Part shown: piece after piece, positions 1 to 13,200 of the stretch
How the letters are laid out: each line of letters begins with the position of its first letter
Position numbering within the stretch: the first letter of the stretch is position 1
Source: Podarcis cretensis
Taxonomy: Eukaryota
DNA length: 64,000 nt
Reading direction: 5' to 3'
Assembly (NCBI GenBank): GCA_951804945.1
Contig: OX638149.1
Coordinates: 87,916,001 to 87,980,000, forward strand
Notes under the pieces: generated by a model
What the model was told of the DNA's origin: nothing
Databases searched by the model: none
What the model saw: the letters and a program-made list of their open reading frames with translations, nothing else
Position numbers and translations under genes: made by a program

Positions 1-551
1 TCATTACACACATGCAGCAACTTAGTTGAATCGTGCTATTTGTCTCAAAAAGGTAGAAACTTACCGGTATATGGATTACTGTCTTCCTTTTATTTTGTAA
101 GGATTACTTTCTAAAAACTCAGGGTAAAAGAATATTCATAAGGCGCAAGGAAAAGTTTGTTTATAGAATGGAAATACAAAACAAGGTAGTTCAGTAGGCT
201 ATTTTCCATAAAAAATGTACTATACACTGGAAACTTCATAACCAACATGGAAGCAGTTTGGCTAGTGAAATACAAATTGAACATACTTATGTAGCTTCAA
301 CCTGGGATGTTCTAGCTCTAAGAACAATCATGATTTGGAAGCAGCTTTCAAGGGAGATTGCAAAGTTTCCCTTGCTAAAAGGTTTCCTTTTTTCCTCTGC
401 AGTTTGCAGTATCAGCTCCAGAGATAGTTGCAGCAGTGGGTGTTGCCCATCCTGGATCTTGACATTTACTTTCTAAGAAAAAATGTTAGCTTTTAAGGTC
501 ACTTTGGTGTACGTGGTGATGGCACCACTGACTTGTCTGTTTTCTTCCCAG

Positions 552-814
552 CTCCTTATCCAATGAGATTCTGGGCCTGAAGTTGCCATTGGAACCTGTG
601 CTTAATGCCAACACGGTGTGCCTGACCTTGCCTGGTCTGACACGGCGACAACTGGAGGTGTGCGTGCGGAATCCTGACGTGACAGCTTCTGCCATTCAAG
701 GCATCCAGATCGCCATCCACGAGTGCCAACACCAGTTCCGCGATCAGCGCTGGAATTGCTCGAGCCTGGAGACCAAGAACAAGATCCCCTATGAAAGCAC
801 CATCTTCAGCAGAG
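552..814 (+). CDS. WNT10A: WNT10A coding exon 2 (263 bp)
   Basis: Acceptor tttcttcccAG ends at 551 and donor GTtaga starts at 815. Translation [87 protein letters not shown] matches WNT10A; the [11 protein letters not shown] segment separates it from WNT10B. Confidence 0.96.
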
Positions 815-1769
815 GTTAGAGTTCTCTTCCTGCCATTGGCTCTGTGAAAGCTCTGAGCAGGCAAAAATGATCACATCCTTGTGGGCGCTTGGCTGCCTAT
901 AAATCTGAGAGCAATGAAAGAAATAATGGAAAGGGAATTTGTTGAATCTGGTACCATGTTCCTGGGTTTTAAGGCAAGCTCATGAATACCTGTTATACAG
1001 AGGTTTCCACAGGTGCTTTATTGTGAAATGGAAATCTGATAGTTTGATCACATTGAAAAAGAATCATTTAGATTTGGACAGGGGTGGGCTGACATCTATT
1101 TGTTTGTTTGTTTGACTACAATTTAGTGGTTGGATTTACAATTCAGGGGTGTGTTCTTGGGAACTATCCGTTTACATTAAACTGAATTGGTCTTGTGGAT
1201 GTTCTTCCGTTTCTGAACCTGCCTTGCTGGATTTCATCAAGGTTCAGCATTCTTTGCAAGAATCCCAGCTGCTAGAAGGCACTTGAATAAACCAGAATCC
1301 TGTTATCCCACAGCAAGCTTCAATGTGCTTATGACAGTTTTGAGGAGCAGTGGCCCTGCCTAACTCTAGCTGATGGGTAGAGCTATATGGAGGGGGGTGA
1401 GATGAATCATAGAAGCCTAGAGGTGTTCAGCACTATCACTCTTTCTTTAACCTCAAGGCACACCAAACCCATTCTTAGCTACAAAGCAATATGAAAGCTT
1501 TGTTCAGAATATTGCATAGCAGAGGACAAAGGTAAGAAGACCTTAGGAATTTCAGATTGTTATCAAATGGAAAGCCCTAAGGAAATATTTCGCTACTAAC
1601 TAAATGAAACAATTTCCACACACAGGCTTTCACTAGTGGGTGGAACATACGGCTGCATAATATTATGCATAGTCTGAGAATTCAAGATTAAAAGGAGTGC
1701 AGAAGAACTATTTGCTTTGCATGCACACTATTGACACTAATCACCCAAAGGAGGGAGACTTTGTTTGCT

Positions 1770-2062
1770 GTGTGCTCACCGTGTCTTGATTCAAAATGGT
1801 GCTTGGCATCCGAACATTGGCATAAACCCCACCTCAGGAAGCCTCATCCCGAGTTTGGCAACGTTGTCTTGAGATGCGGCCAAAACTATGTCATGCTTAG
1901 GTCCACCATTTGATTCAAAATGGCAGCCAGCATCCAAACATCAACAGTGAGCTCTACCTCCACCTCTGAAATGCTTGTTCCAACTTGTTTGGTGGCAATA
2001 TCTCAAGAGGTGTCCAATGCATAGAAAACAGACAGACAAACCACTTTCCAAAATATATAGTA
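1770..2062 (+). mobile_element. Interspersed repeat with an internal duplicated unit and a GACA tract (DINE-1/Helentron-associated-like); its tail is split by the hAT MITE
   Basis: Two copies of tgattcaaaatgg..gcatcc(g/a)aacat, then acagacagacaaac, and an end tttccaaaatatatagtagat once the MITE is removed. The family assignment is inference. Confidence 0.4.
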
Positions 2063-2258
2063 CAGGGATGTCCAACCAGTAGATTGCTAGAAGCTCAGCA
2101 ACACTGGGCTCTTCCCTCCTAAAGAAAGCTCAACAACTCTAGGCAGTCCACCCACCCCACGCATGCTCCTCCTCCCTCCAGTGACAATGGGTAGATCACT
2201 GCCAGGTTTTTTTTATACTGGGATTAGATCACAGTCTCTTGGGAGTTGGACATGCCTG
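2063..2258. mobile_element. hAT MITE with perfect 8-bp TSD
   Basis: TIRs CAGGGATGTCCAAC / GTTGGACATGCCTG. TSD ATATAGTA at 2055-2062 and 2259-2266. Confidence 0.88.
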
Positions 2259-4109
2259 ATATAGTAGATTGGTTCTAAACTGTCATAGCTTCCCCCAAGG
2301 AATCCTGGCAATGTTACATTTCTGCAGGTTCTGATACTTGTCTCTTAGGGATCCCTATCTCTGAACACCCCCCCCCAATTCCCTGCTTTCTCTTAAGAGA
2401 AGGAATGACTGTCAGCTGAAGACTGTAACCCTATACACATTTATCTGGGCTCAAGGCCTGTTGGGCTTACTTCATAGTAAATATGCTGTAGGCTTGTGCT
2501 GTAAATTCTCTAATCCATTGTGACTGCGCAGGCCCTGCCCCAGTCTGTTGTAAAAGCTGGGCAGCATCCTCTATTCTGCTTTACCCTCCATTGTCCAGTT
2601 CCATTGCCCTCCAGAAAGCTTATGAAGCCATTCCTCCTAATGATCAGGACCATACAAAGCTACTAAGTTTTTGCCCTTTTCTGTTGCTTTTGCCTGAATC
2701 GTGGAACAAGAATTTGACTCCTCAGTCGAAATAGAGCCTGTTTGAGGGGAATTCCATAACGTTCCCTGGACCTTGACAAGGATGTGCGTGTGCAGAGTGA
2801 TGGCAAGGGGCAGATACACGAGTCCCTTGTCACCTGCATTAATGCTGCTTGTAAGGGTGAGGGTGAATTGTGTCTTGCTGCGTCTCACCTGGGAATTTCT
2901 GTTGCTTACGAGGATGGTTCTTGGTAACATAAAGTGACAGATCCCTTGAATCTTTCATGCCTCTTCCCACATCCGCTGCCATCAGCTCAGCCATGCGTGC
3001 TCCTCACTTTAAATAATTTGTAGATCACTCCATTCCTCCCCATACCAGTCCCTGATCTTTTACGCCTCATCATCTCTTCCAACCAAGTGAGAGAGAGGGA
3101 GGGAGGGAGAGAGGGAGAGAGAGAGAAAGCCCCATCAGTCTCTCAAGGCTGAAGAACTGGCTGCAGAAAACCCGTCTGCTTCCAACCCTGGCTCAGCTAG
3201 GTGGACTGAACTGAATGGGTGCTCAAGTTCTGGTAACAAGACATTCTGAAGACTTGGTAGAAGGTAGATGTGAAGCAGTTTTGTAGTGTGGGAACAAAGA
3301 TGCTTGATATAAATGCTTGTGTCTTGCCAGAGCTAAGAAAATAAGGGTGCATCTTGATTATTATTTCTCCCTGGTAAACTATTGCAGAAAAATCACAATA
3401 GAAGCTGATACACTGCATACTGCACATCATGGAAATATGGATCCCCCCCCCCCATTCTTAATGCATTGCTTCCTGGATTCCTCAACTTCTATTTATGCCA
3501 AGCATTTCTTAATTCAACCTGTCATTATGCATACTACTTCTGGACAGAAGTCTCTCTCTCTCTCTTTCTCCTTCCTTCGATAACCCCCAAAGGGGGTGGG
3601 GGTGCTAAATGAAGCATCTGCAGGGCTGGTCCACCCATGAGGCAAGGTGAAGCGACTGCCTCAGGTGGCAGAATCCACAGAGGCAGCAGATCCCAATGTA
3701 GATCTTTGTTCAGGGCTGGTCCACCCATGAGGCAAGGTGAGGTGACTGCCTCAGAAGGCAGTCGTATTGGGGAAGCATCTCAGAACAACTAATAAAGCCG
3801 AATGGTGTGTGAACAAGCCAGTATGAATCTACCAACAAAGTTAACGTTGAAGACTCATTGCTTTGACACTGGTGATCTTTGCTTCTTTCAGTACACTGAC
3901 ATTAGTTCGCCTGTCTTCCCAAGTGATGTGTACAATTTTTGGGAGACACCGTTGATGGAATCTTTTGAGGAGTTGGAGATGTATTTATAAGTGGTCCATG
4001 TTTTGCAAGTGTACAGTAAAGTTTGTAGTACAATGGCTTTCTAAACAAGCATTTTGGTTTCCCTGTGAATGTCCTGGTCCTCAAACACTCTGCGCTTCAA
4101 TAGGAGAAC

Positions 4110-4360
4110 AGCCTTTATCAAAGGTGTCGTGGAGTTTGAAGAAACATGAACTCAGGGTGAAAAGGAGAAACGAGCTAAGAGGAAGGCACTTTTGGCAAAC
4201 CCTCACCGTGATCAACTCCCACACGGAAACCTATGTCCCACTTGTGGAAGGACGTGTGGATCCAGAATTGGCCTCCACAGTCACGGGCTCACTGTTGAGA
4301 CTGTTTTCATGAAAGACAATCTTACTCAGCTACGAGTGATCTCCAAAAAGAAAGAAAGAG
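4110..4360 (+). mobile_element. RTE-clade LINE 3' fragment
   Basis: Encodes CPTCGRTCGSRIGLHSH, the C-terminal C2H2-like motif of RTE ORFs. A short 3' UTR and an (AAAG)n tail follow. Confidence 0.8.
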
Positions 4361-5702
4361 ATGAATCTGCCACTAATGTACTGTTATTGTGCCAATGTTA
4401 TGTTGCAGAAAACCACCAGTCTAGAGGGTCCCTCAAGTTCTATGTCTTTTGGTGCACATCACATGGCATGTTCTCCAGCATGATGTTGAAGATCATTAGC
4501 TGGACATGAGTTTGATAGAAGCTTAGTCGGGATAGTGAAAGAATGGATTCCCTCGTATGTGGGAGTAGGACAGGAAGATCAGTCAAAATATTCTGCTCTC
4601 TTTCTCCCTATCTACCTTAGATTTGTCAGTTATTCAACTGTATAATGTTTGTTTTTAGGAAGCCCATGAAGAGATGAATAATCCTATTGCTTTCTTCCTT
4701 TTCCCCAGCCTGGGGGAGCTTATGATTAATTCTCCTCCTCTTAACATTTCTACCTTTTCTCATAAGAAACTAACAATTTCCAGCTCCCAGCTATACTTCT
4801 ATCTGATTAAGGTACTTAAAACATTACTGCTATTAAATCCTGTCCAGAGAATCTGTTTAATAGTTCCTTGATTCCTTGGGCTCTTGCCAGTGCCAGTTTA
4901 AATGTTACATTACTCTCTACAGAGCAGGATTCCAGCCAACCAAGGCCTTCTCTGCAACATCCTAAATTCTGAATCTTCCCAAAGTGCCCAACAGCTGCCT
5001 GCAAATGGGATTAGGCTCCCTCAAAATTCTCTGAAAATCAGGACATGGTGGCTGTTACCACACGACTTAGGAGCAGTGGCTATTTTGCCAAGCCCAGTGT
5101 AGCTGTGGAAGTTGGTGATAAAGCCAGTGCACTGACAATCACAATGCTTTCTGGGAGGCACAAGGATAGGAACAGGGTAGAATGGAAGAGCCTGAAACAT
5201 GCAATGTGCTCTTATGAGACCTTTCCTGTGTGGCATGGAAGCAAGTGTAAAAGGATGCGCAAGTGAGTGACACTTACTCACAAATGTATCTTCACACAAG
5301 ACAATAGAACCATAGAATATGCACAACCCACTTGTATATATCTTGTTAGCACCTCATTTTCACATGCAAACCCACCTTTGTGTCAGGAGGGGGGGTGTCA
5401 TTTGTCTGTGTCCATCTTTGTTAAAACTGTCAGGTCAAAAAGAGTGCCATTAGGCTGAGCTGAGGGGCTCCCAAAATATGTTTCAGCACAGGGCTTGTCC
5501 TTGATTCTCATTGTTAGGCTATACTCCCCTGAACTCTTTTGCAGTCTTATAATGTTAAAACTTCTGCCTAGCCATGGATCCAGAATTCACTGGTTCTCAC
5601 CCTCAATGCCTTATCTGTAAAATGGGTTGATTATGACCTACATATATCTCAAGTTTGTTATGATGCGAAAGAAATTGACCATTGGCAGTGTTTAGGCATA
5701 TA

Positions 5703-5943
5703 CAGTGGAACCTCAGGTTACAGACACTTCAGGTTACAGACACTTCGGTTACAGACTCCACTAATCCAGAAATAGTACCTCGGGTTAAGAACTTTGCTTC
5801 AGGATGAGAACAGAAATTGTGTGGTGGCGGCGTGGCTGCAGCGGGAGGCCCCATTAGCTAAAGTGGTACCTCAGGTTAAGAGCAGTTTCAGGTTAAGAAC
5901 GGACCTCCAGAATGAATTAAGTTCTTAACCCAAGGTACCACTG
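5703..5943. mobile_element. Tc1/mariner (Tigger/pogo-like) MITE
   Basis: TIRs CAGTGG(A/T)ACCT, TA TSD at 5701-5702 and 5944-5945, and repeated internal GGTTAAGAAC/GGTTACAGAC motifs. Confidence 0.9.
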
Positions 5944-8900
5944 TATAGATAACAGTGGTTGGGATTCACCTAAGCAGCTGCATCAGCTTGCATAATGGGA
6001 CTCTCCCCTCCCCTTGCATGCCCCCAATGCCCCTGAAATTGGCTTGGAGAAAGGGCATGCTGAGGGAGGAGAGGGGAACGGTTTTGCAGATGGAAAAATT
6101 GGAAGAGCAACATTGAATTCCACCTAGGAAGTCCTGCAAAGAGGAGGCTGTCTCTTACCTCCCTAGCACAGCCCTCTGCAGCTAGAGCGCTCAAGGTCTC
6201 AGGGGCTGCTTTGGAAGATGGAGGGAGGCAAGTTAAGATCCGCAGCAGAGAGCTCAAGGTCTGGCGTGTTGCCAGTCCCTGGCGGGTTCACCTGCAGTTT
6301 AATTAGGGAACGAGGGAGATGGGGCAGAGGAGAGGGAAAGGGAGGCATGTTTCAACTGGCTGGCTGCATAGCCTTTGGAGGAGTTGGGAAGGGGGAAGCA
6401 GTAGGCAGCAGCACTTGGGACATGGCAGACTCTCCCTGCACCCTGGGCAGGAAATCATCCAAATTTTGACATTGCCGGAGAAACCGTGGAACTAACTGAG
6501 GAGCCCTCTGTTACTAGAGCACACTGCAGTCAGTTCAGATGCTGTATACCAAGAGGAACTCCATTGGAGAGACGTTTTAGCAATTTGTTGTAGAGGAACA
6601 GAAAATCAGATTTACCTTTGCGTGCTCAAAACTTTATCATATAGCAACATCTCATTATTTTGCAGGATTTATGCAGCTATGGGTGTGTAGTTTTTCCTCT
6701 GCATTTTTGTAGCTCTGTGGGAACTTCCAGCAGTATTATATTCTCTTGTAATTGTTGTACATTGTGTCAACAAGATGTTCACAGTATGAATTTCCTTACC
6801 TACATATTTAGCAGACAAAAGACACTTGCAAAAACAGCCTCTCCTAGCAGGCTGTTCATGTTGGTGAAGCTCCTTTACAGCCCATTGCAAAGTGAGGATC
6901 TGTTGGAAACGGGATGGTGGCAGATGGCCTGCTGTATTCTATGAAAGAGACATGTGCAGTGTGGTCTAAATTCTGCTGTGCTGGCAGATGACAGTGCTAT
7001 GCCTATGCAGTTATGCCATTTTGCACCTGCAATACAAAATGCAGATGTAAGGAGCAAACATTGGGCCAAACAGGCATGAGAAGATATGTGAAGCTGAGAC
7101 CTGGTTCTGAGCTCCCTCAAAAGTTGGTTCCACCATGTTGTAATGACACTTATGCTCTATATGCCCACCCTGCAAAAATGTACTGGAGGATAGGATTGTG
7201 ATTCATTCAGGAGCAAATCATGCACAGGAGTATACACGTAAAGGAATTCAGCTTGTATATTAAGCTGCATGGCATGTATGTGATGTTGTAGCATGGGGCT
7301 ACATCAGTCTGCCCCCATGTCTAGAAGGTTGCAGTTACCCAAGTGAGAACTTGGTGGAGATTTTCCACAGGCATTTGGTTGAGCACTGGGAGTACAGGAT
7401 GCTTGACTAGATGCGCCATTGGCATGATCCAGCAGGTGCTTCTTGTGTTCTTAAGGGGAGCACTTTTGCACAAACAGCCAAGGCAACGACAAATATGAAA
7501 AGAGCAAATGATGACACTTGTCCTCCCTCAGAACGTTACAGGTCCTCCTGCTGCAGAGATGAACTGTTAAACCCAGGCTGCATTCGGGGCTGCAGGAACA
7601 GAGCAAGGTAAGCAAGACAAGACCTTGGTCAGGAAAGTGGCACCTACGCTTCAGAGTATGACTCCTGAATATCCTATATACCCCTCTCCCTTGAGCAGCC
7701 CAAGAAGTCCTGAACACTCAAAAGCACCCAGGAGCACAAAGTCTCCCTTTGCAATGTGGCTCAAAGTGTACTGGCTTAACAGCCCACTCTTGCTCCGAAA
7801 GGTTGTGGCTGTGTCTCCAACACAGGGTAATAATGCACTCTGCAGGCCAGGGAGTTTTTGCAGACCACAACCCTCTTCTCTCTGTAGATCAGTTCCTGCA
7901 ATGTCCTGAGAAAGGCTATAGGGAACACAACCACATTTAGTGAACACTGACCCCTCCCCTCCACCCAAACACTAATGACACTTCTTTTTTTGTAGGAGCC
8001 GACTTGGGGATACACGAAGCAGAACAAACTTTAACCAGAGACAGAGCTCCACGGCAGCTTCCTGTACAGAATAGATGACTATTGTCTCAGTGATTGCATT
8101 ATTTTTCCCAAGAGGTGACATCAGGGGGAACTGCTGATGGGAGAGTGGGAAGTGGGACTGGATAGGTGGCAACTTTAATGTGCCAGCTGCACATGGACAC
8201 CCAGTCACAGGAATTGCTTCTTGGCGACTGTTGCTCCTTCTTAGATACTATCTCCACCTCTGTGGAGATGGTCCTTCTACACTCCCAGAGGCAAAGATGT
8301 TTCTGCAACCAATGCCAACATGCCGTGTAGACCACAAACAAGGCCTGTATCAGCAGTGACCTGTGGGGAATTGGCTGTTCCAGTGTGGGGTTTCCATCAT
8401 TTTTTTCACCCCGGACTTCCTGTCTCTTGGAAGTGGGCTGCATACAGGATTGTAGCAGGTGGCAGATGTACCCAGTGTGGAAGTTTAGTGGTGGGGGCTG
8501 CCTGCTGGGCTGCCTGCCAGCCATCTAGTCCTCAAGAGGCATGGAGGTCCTGCACAAATAAAAAAAACCATGTTTATGAGATGTTGTCAGAACTCCCTTC
8601 GCTGTTGATGCTGCTCAATAAAAGCGATGACTGTTTCAACTGCCTGTCTCTGTTTCCTGTTGGTCAGCTGATAGGTAAGCTGCACTTCTCAGCAATTATG
8701 CATTTCAGACATCTTTAGGATGGGGAATGCAGCAGGGGGAGACAGTATGTCCTGTGCTGCAGCTCCACCTGAACATTTTGTCTCCTTTTCCCATCTAAAC
8801 TTATTGTTGCCAACAGGTTGCCCAAAGATGGACTTTAGTGGCTTGTAGTCACTACGTTTCCATTTTAGAAGTATGAGGGACAAACTCACCCACTTCTGTT

Positions 8901-10173
8901 TCCCATTGTTTTACTCTTTCCCACTGAATTTACAGCCTTTTCAAGGTACTGTCTCTTTACTGTGAGTTGCTGCTGATGTGTTCATTCTTCCCTGTCTCTT
9001 TGCCCGCTGTTCGTTTCCCTTCCAAAATGCCTGTATCTTTCACACTGAAACGAACAGAAGTGTACTGTGTACAGATTTGTGTACATCATATGTGCAACCT
9101 TTGGGACCACTGTGGGACTTGACCTCTCGTTCTAGAGGACCTTTTCATGCAGGCTTCTTGCCCACTGAGCTACAATGTAGGGTAGCTGTTGTGAAAGGAA
9201 TAACACTCCTTCCCTTTAATTCTGGCCTTGACTATTGTCCTGTCCAAAAGTGTTGTTTTTAGGGTTGTTTGCTGCTGACTATATCTAGGACTGTAGCCCT
9301 GAAACTAATCACACCCTCTCCTGGCGGTCACTGTAAAACTACTGTGACCTGATCACAATTCTCCCAGTGTATAATTTTGTTCGTGAGATAACTTAATAGG
9401 GTTTGTTTAGTAACAAATAATCATTGCAATAATCATTGCGTATCAATGTTCAGTAGTAATAATAGCAGAATGTGTCACGCGTAAAACAACAACAATCCTG
9501 TATGCATTGCAATAAGTATTCCCGAAGAAGCTAATAAAGATCACTACCCTTCAGTTAACTTCCTCAGTTTCGACATAGGTGGTTTTCACTTTGCCTTTGC
9601 TGAGAGAATGCAAAACCTCCCCCCTTCCACATTTACTTTGATATTCCCTTTTGTTTTTTGTTCAAGCCACCCCATGGCCTCTTTGATCATCGTTTGTGCA
9701 ATACTGTCTGTGGCAGCCTTTGAACAACATACTGAGCACCTATCATCCCACAACTACAGCACTTGCTCTCTGCACTCCCTTTCCTTGGATGGGATGAAAA
9801 TCCTGGTTTAATAGTTAAATAAATAAATAAATAAATAACAGTGTTGTGTTTGGGCTTCTGGGACTGAGAGGTCCTAGCCTACTGTTGATAGCAAATATTT
9901 ATTTCCTCCTTCCAGAGCTCTTGGGAAAGACTTGCATATGGTTCAGAGAAAGTTTCCCATCCAGGCAGCTTACAGGACCAGACCTGCATAGCTTCAGTAG
10001 AGAACTGTGTCACATGCCTAGTTCAGATAATTCAATCAAAAGGAAAGGAAAATAATTCACAGCTCAAGGATGGTGGAATAGGCAGGACAGTGAATGCTGA
10101 AATTAGAAAGTTTGGACATAAACTGAAGCCCAGAAATTTAGGAAGCTGTAGTTGGGAACAGAGATAGAGAAAC

Positions 10174-10175
<2 letters not shown>

Positions 10176-10220
<45 letters not shown>

Positions 10221-10240
10221 AGGGAGGGAGGGAGGGAGGG
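10176..10240. repeat. (GA)n-(GGGA)n compound microsatellite
   Basis: Visible directly in the sequence. Confidence 0.95.
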
Positions 10241-13200
10241 AGCATGATGGTGGGAGCTAGGAATATTTGGATGCAAAATGAGGGCTGCTTCCAGACAGGT
10301 TTCTCTTGTGTATGTATTCTGCTATGTTCCATCAATACCAGTGGGCATAGCTGCCATAATGGGGGAAAGGAAGGTCAAATTTGCTGAGTGGTCACTTAGA
10401 AAACAAGTTGTGAGCCATGCTTTAAAATAAAATCAATTTATTTAATGCTAGCAGTTCATTCATTTAAGCATGATTGCTCATTGCTATTCATGAAATGTCA
10501 AAAAAAAAAAAAGTTTGTTATGGATTGTTTTGCAGTTTCTAAGAAAGAAAGCATGTTGCTGAAATGGTGGTGACCAGAAAGGGTTTTCGCCCTCTGTTTT
10601 CTAAATTAGAGTTCTAGTGCTATAGCACTCTTTCATTTTAAGCCATAGGTGGCCCCAACCTCATTTTTGGTAGCCTCCCAATATCTCCCCAAGTTGCCGC
10701 AGTCTTCTGTCCTACTTCAGTTCCTTCTTACAATTCCTGGCTTTTTATAGTGTTCCTCCCCTTTTCTATATAGTTCTAAAGCAATTAAAAAGAGCAGTAT
10801 TTTATTTGCTACAACTAAATGTCATTACTTACTCACTTTTCGCTTGGTTGTTTGACTTGGGAAGGAACTTGCCACCGCCCCCCTCCCCCCACATTGTCTA
10901 ATAACTTGTTGGTAGGCTGTTGCCATGTGTATATCTAGCAAAATGAGAAAGCAATTACTTTCACTCGCTTTCCAAAAAACCCCAAAACTGCACTGGTCTG
11001 TTTTACTACTGAAAAAATAAACATCACCTCTGTATACTTCCTTGTGAGTAACTCCAACAAACCCAGTGGAGCTTACCTGCATCGGTTTGGGAATTCTAAT
11101 TGAGATAGCCATGATGAAAATTGAAGCAGGGTGGTCTTTGTTCTGGATTAGTCAGAAAGTTGTCTTAGCACTAGAATGGTGTTATAAAATGGTACCTGCT
11201 ACAAAGGTTATAGTGAATGTGTGCTGAACTGTGATAGGTTCACCATCCTGATAATCAGATACTGCCTCAAAAAACAGGCAGAAGAGTAGTGGCAAGAGCA
11301 TCTACATTGGTAGATATTTTGCCTTCTCTTCTGCTTTCAAAAGTATCTGACCTTATGCAGTAAGAAAAAAAAAGACAGAAGCAGCACTAGGGAAAACATG
11401 AGAGGATTCCAGAATGTGAGTGAACAATGCATGGCAATTTGAAACTAAATGCTCAATGAGGAAGCAACCTGGTCTCACTTCTGGCCTCTGGGTTGTTTCT
11501 TCTTTGGTGTCCTAATCAGGTCATGAAGAAGAGTCCATGGGGGCAGGGGGGCAGGGAGGTTGCAAAGCAGCACCAAGGAGAGCTCCTAGTGAGCAACATG
11601 TTTCAACAGTGTGTGAGACCGTAATGAATCCTTTCATGCCTTGGCAGTTGGGGAACCCCATGCTGGGTTCCACCCCAGCCTTGAAAAGTGGGTGGCCTTA
11701 AAGGGTCAGCTCTTGGCCTGGAGGCTTGCATTTTGCTGCCCCTACGGGAGATCATGCCAGACATGCTGCCTGTGTTTCCCCACAAACTCTGTGCATGGTA
11801 TGAGGCCCCTGGGAGGTAAGTATGCTGGTCCTAGGCAGTGATGCAGTCTCTGGTCCAATCTCAGGAGTTCCCAGTTAAGCAATCTCTGTCTTCTTGGTCC
11901 CAGAATCTCTGGAATCTTATTCTAGGATACCCCTGGTTCAGTGGTGGTGCTTAGTCCCAGCGCTGCCTTGGTAACACTATTGGTTCCTTAGCCTTTGAGG
12001 CTGTCATGATGCCACACTAGCAATCACAGTTGCCCACCTGGGAGAAAAGTTGGGAGCAGAGGCTTCAGACAGAAAAATCCCCTTTGACACATTAAACCTG
12101 GGGCCCTTAATGTAGTGTCTGTAGGTGCCACAGTACCCTCAGACACATCTCTCGGAACCTGCCACAGCTTTCTGCTCTTCTTGTTTTTTAATTGAGTGAT
12201 TTTTTAATATTTACTTTGGGAGGTTTGGTGAGATGGTACATGGTTGCTGTTTGCTGGCAAGATGTTGCCTGTTTTGGTGGGGTATAGGTGTTTTGTTTGT
12301 GGGTTTTTTTGGGGGGGTGTTTCTAAGCATTGCCAGTTTCTCTTCTGTGACGTGGGTATTTTGTGTTGCCCATTTTGATTTCTTAGATTTCCAAATGCAT
12401 CTCCGACTTCCCAAAATGTTGGGGAGCCTGCATTAAACAAACAGGTGTCATTGGGGCCTCTTGGCTGGTTCCACTGGATCTTGCTAAGAAAACTGGGGTG
12501 TTTATAGGATTGCTACCTCTCCTGGCAGATGAGTTGTCATTGCTCACTTGCATATATGAATAGAGCTAAATGTGTGCAAATTAAAATTCCAAGGCTTCTC
12601 ATTAGTGCCTGTCTAAGCCAAAACAACATACTGGATTGTTAGGAAACTGGTTAGCCTGATTTACTAGGCCAGATAGCAATCAGCTTATTGGCTGGTTCTA
12701 TTGTCCTAAATAAAAGCCACCAACTCCTCATAAACACACTTAATCACAAATCTTATCTATCTGATGGGTACTTGCATACTTCATAAAACACACATACTTA
12801 ATCCTTCGTGCATAGGATATTTTGTCACGGGGTGTGTGTGTGTTCATGTGTGTTACTGCTTGTAATATGAAACCTTCCCTGGCAGCAGACTTTTGAGCAG
12901 AGTTTGTCTTCTCTCATTGATAAACTCAGTTCTGGAAATTCCCCTCTGCACAGTGAAACAATGCTGGGCTATGGGGCTTGCAGCCTGCAGCTTGTGCTGT
13001 GGGAGCTTGCGTGACTCCAGCGCATCTCAGAGAGTATAAACAAAGCCAAAGCCAGAAACGTGCTCTAATTATAGCTGGCAAGCTTTGCAATGGTGAGAGA
13101 CTCTATGGTGCCTAAGAGTTCCCATCCTCATCTTCCCATTCAAATTGCTTGTAACTGGAGGGTTTGAATGGATCTCCAAGGTCAGCTAGTACAACTCCTG

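Noticed and set aside
9376-9385. miR-375-like TTTGTTCGT (miR-375 lies in this syntenic neighbourhood in mammals)
   Set aside because: Only the first 9 nt match; the rest of the mature sequence and the hairpin are absent.
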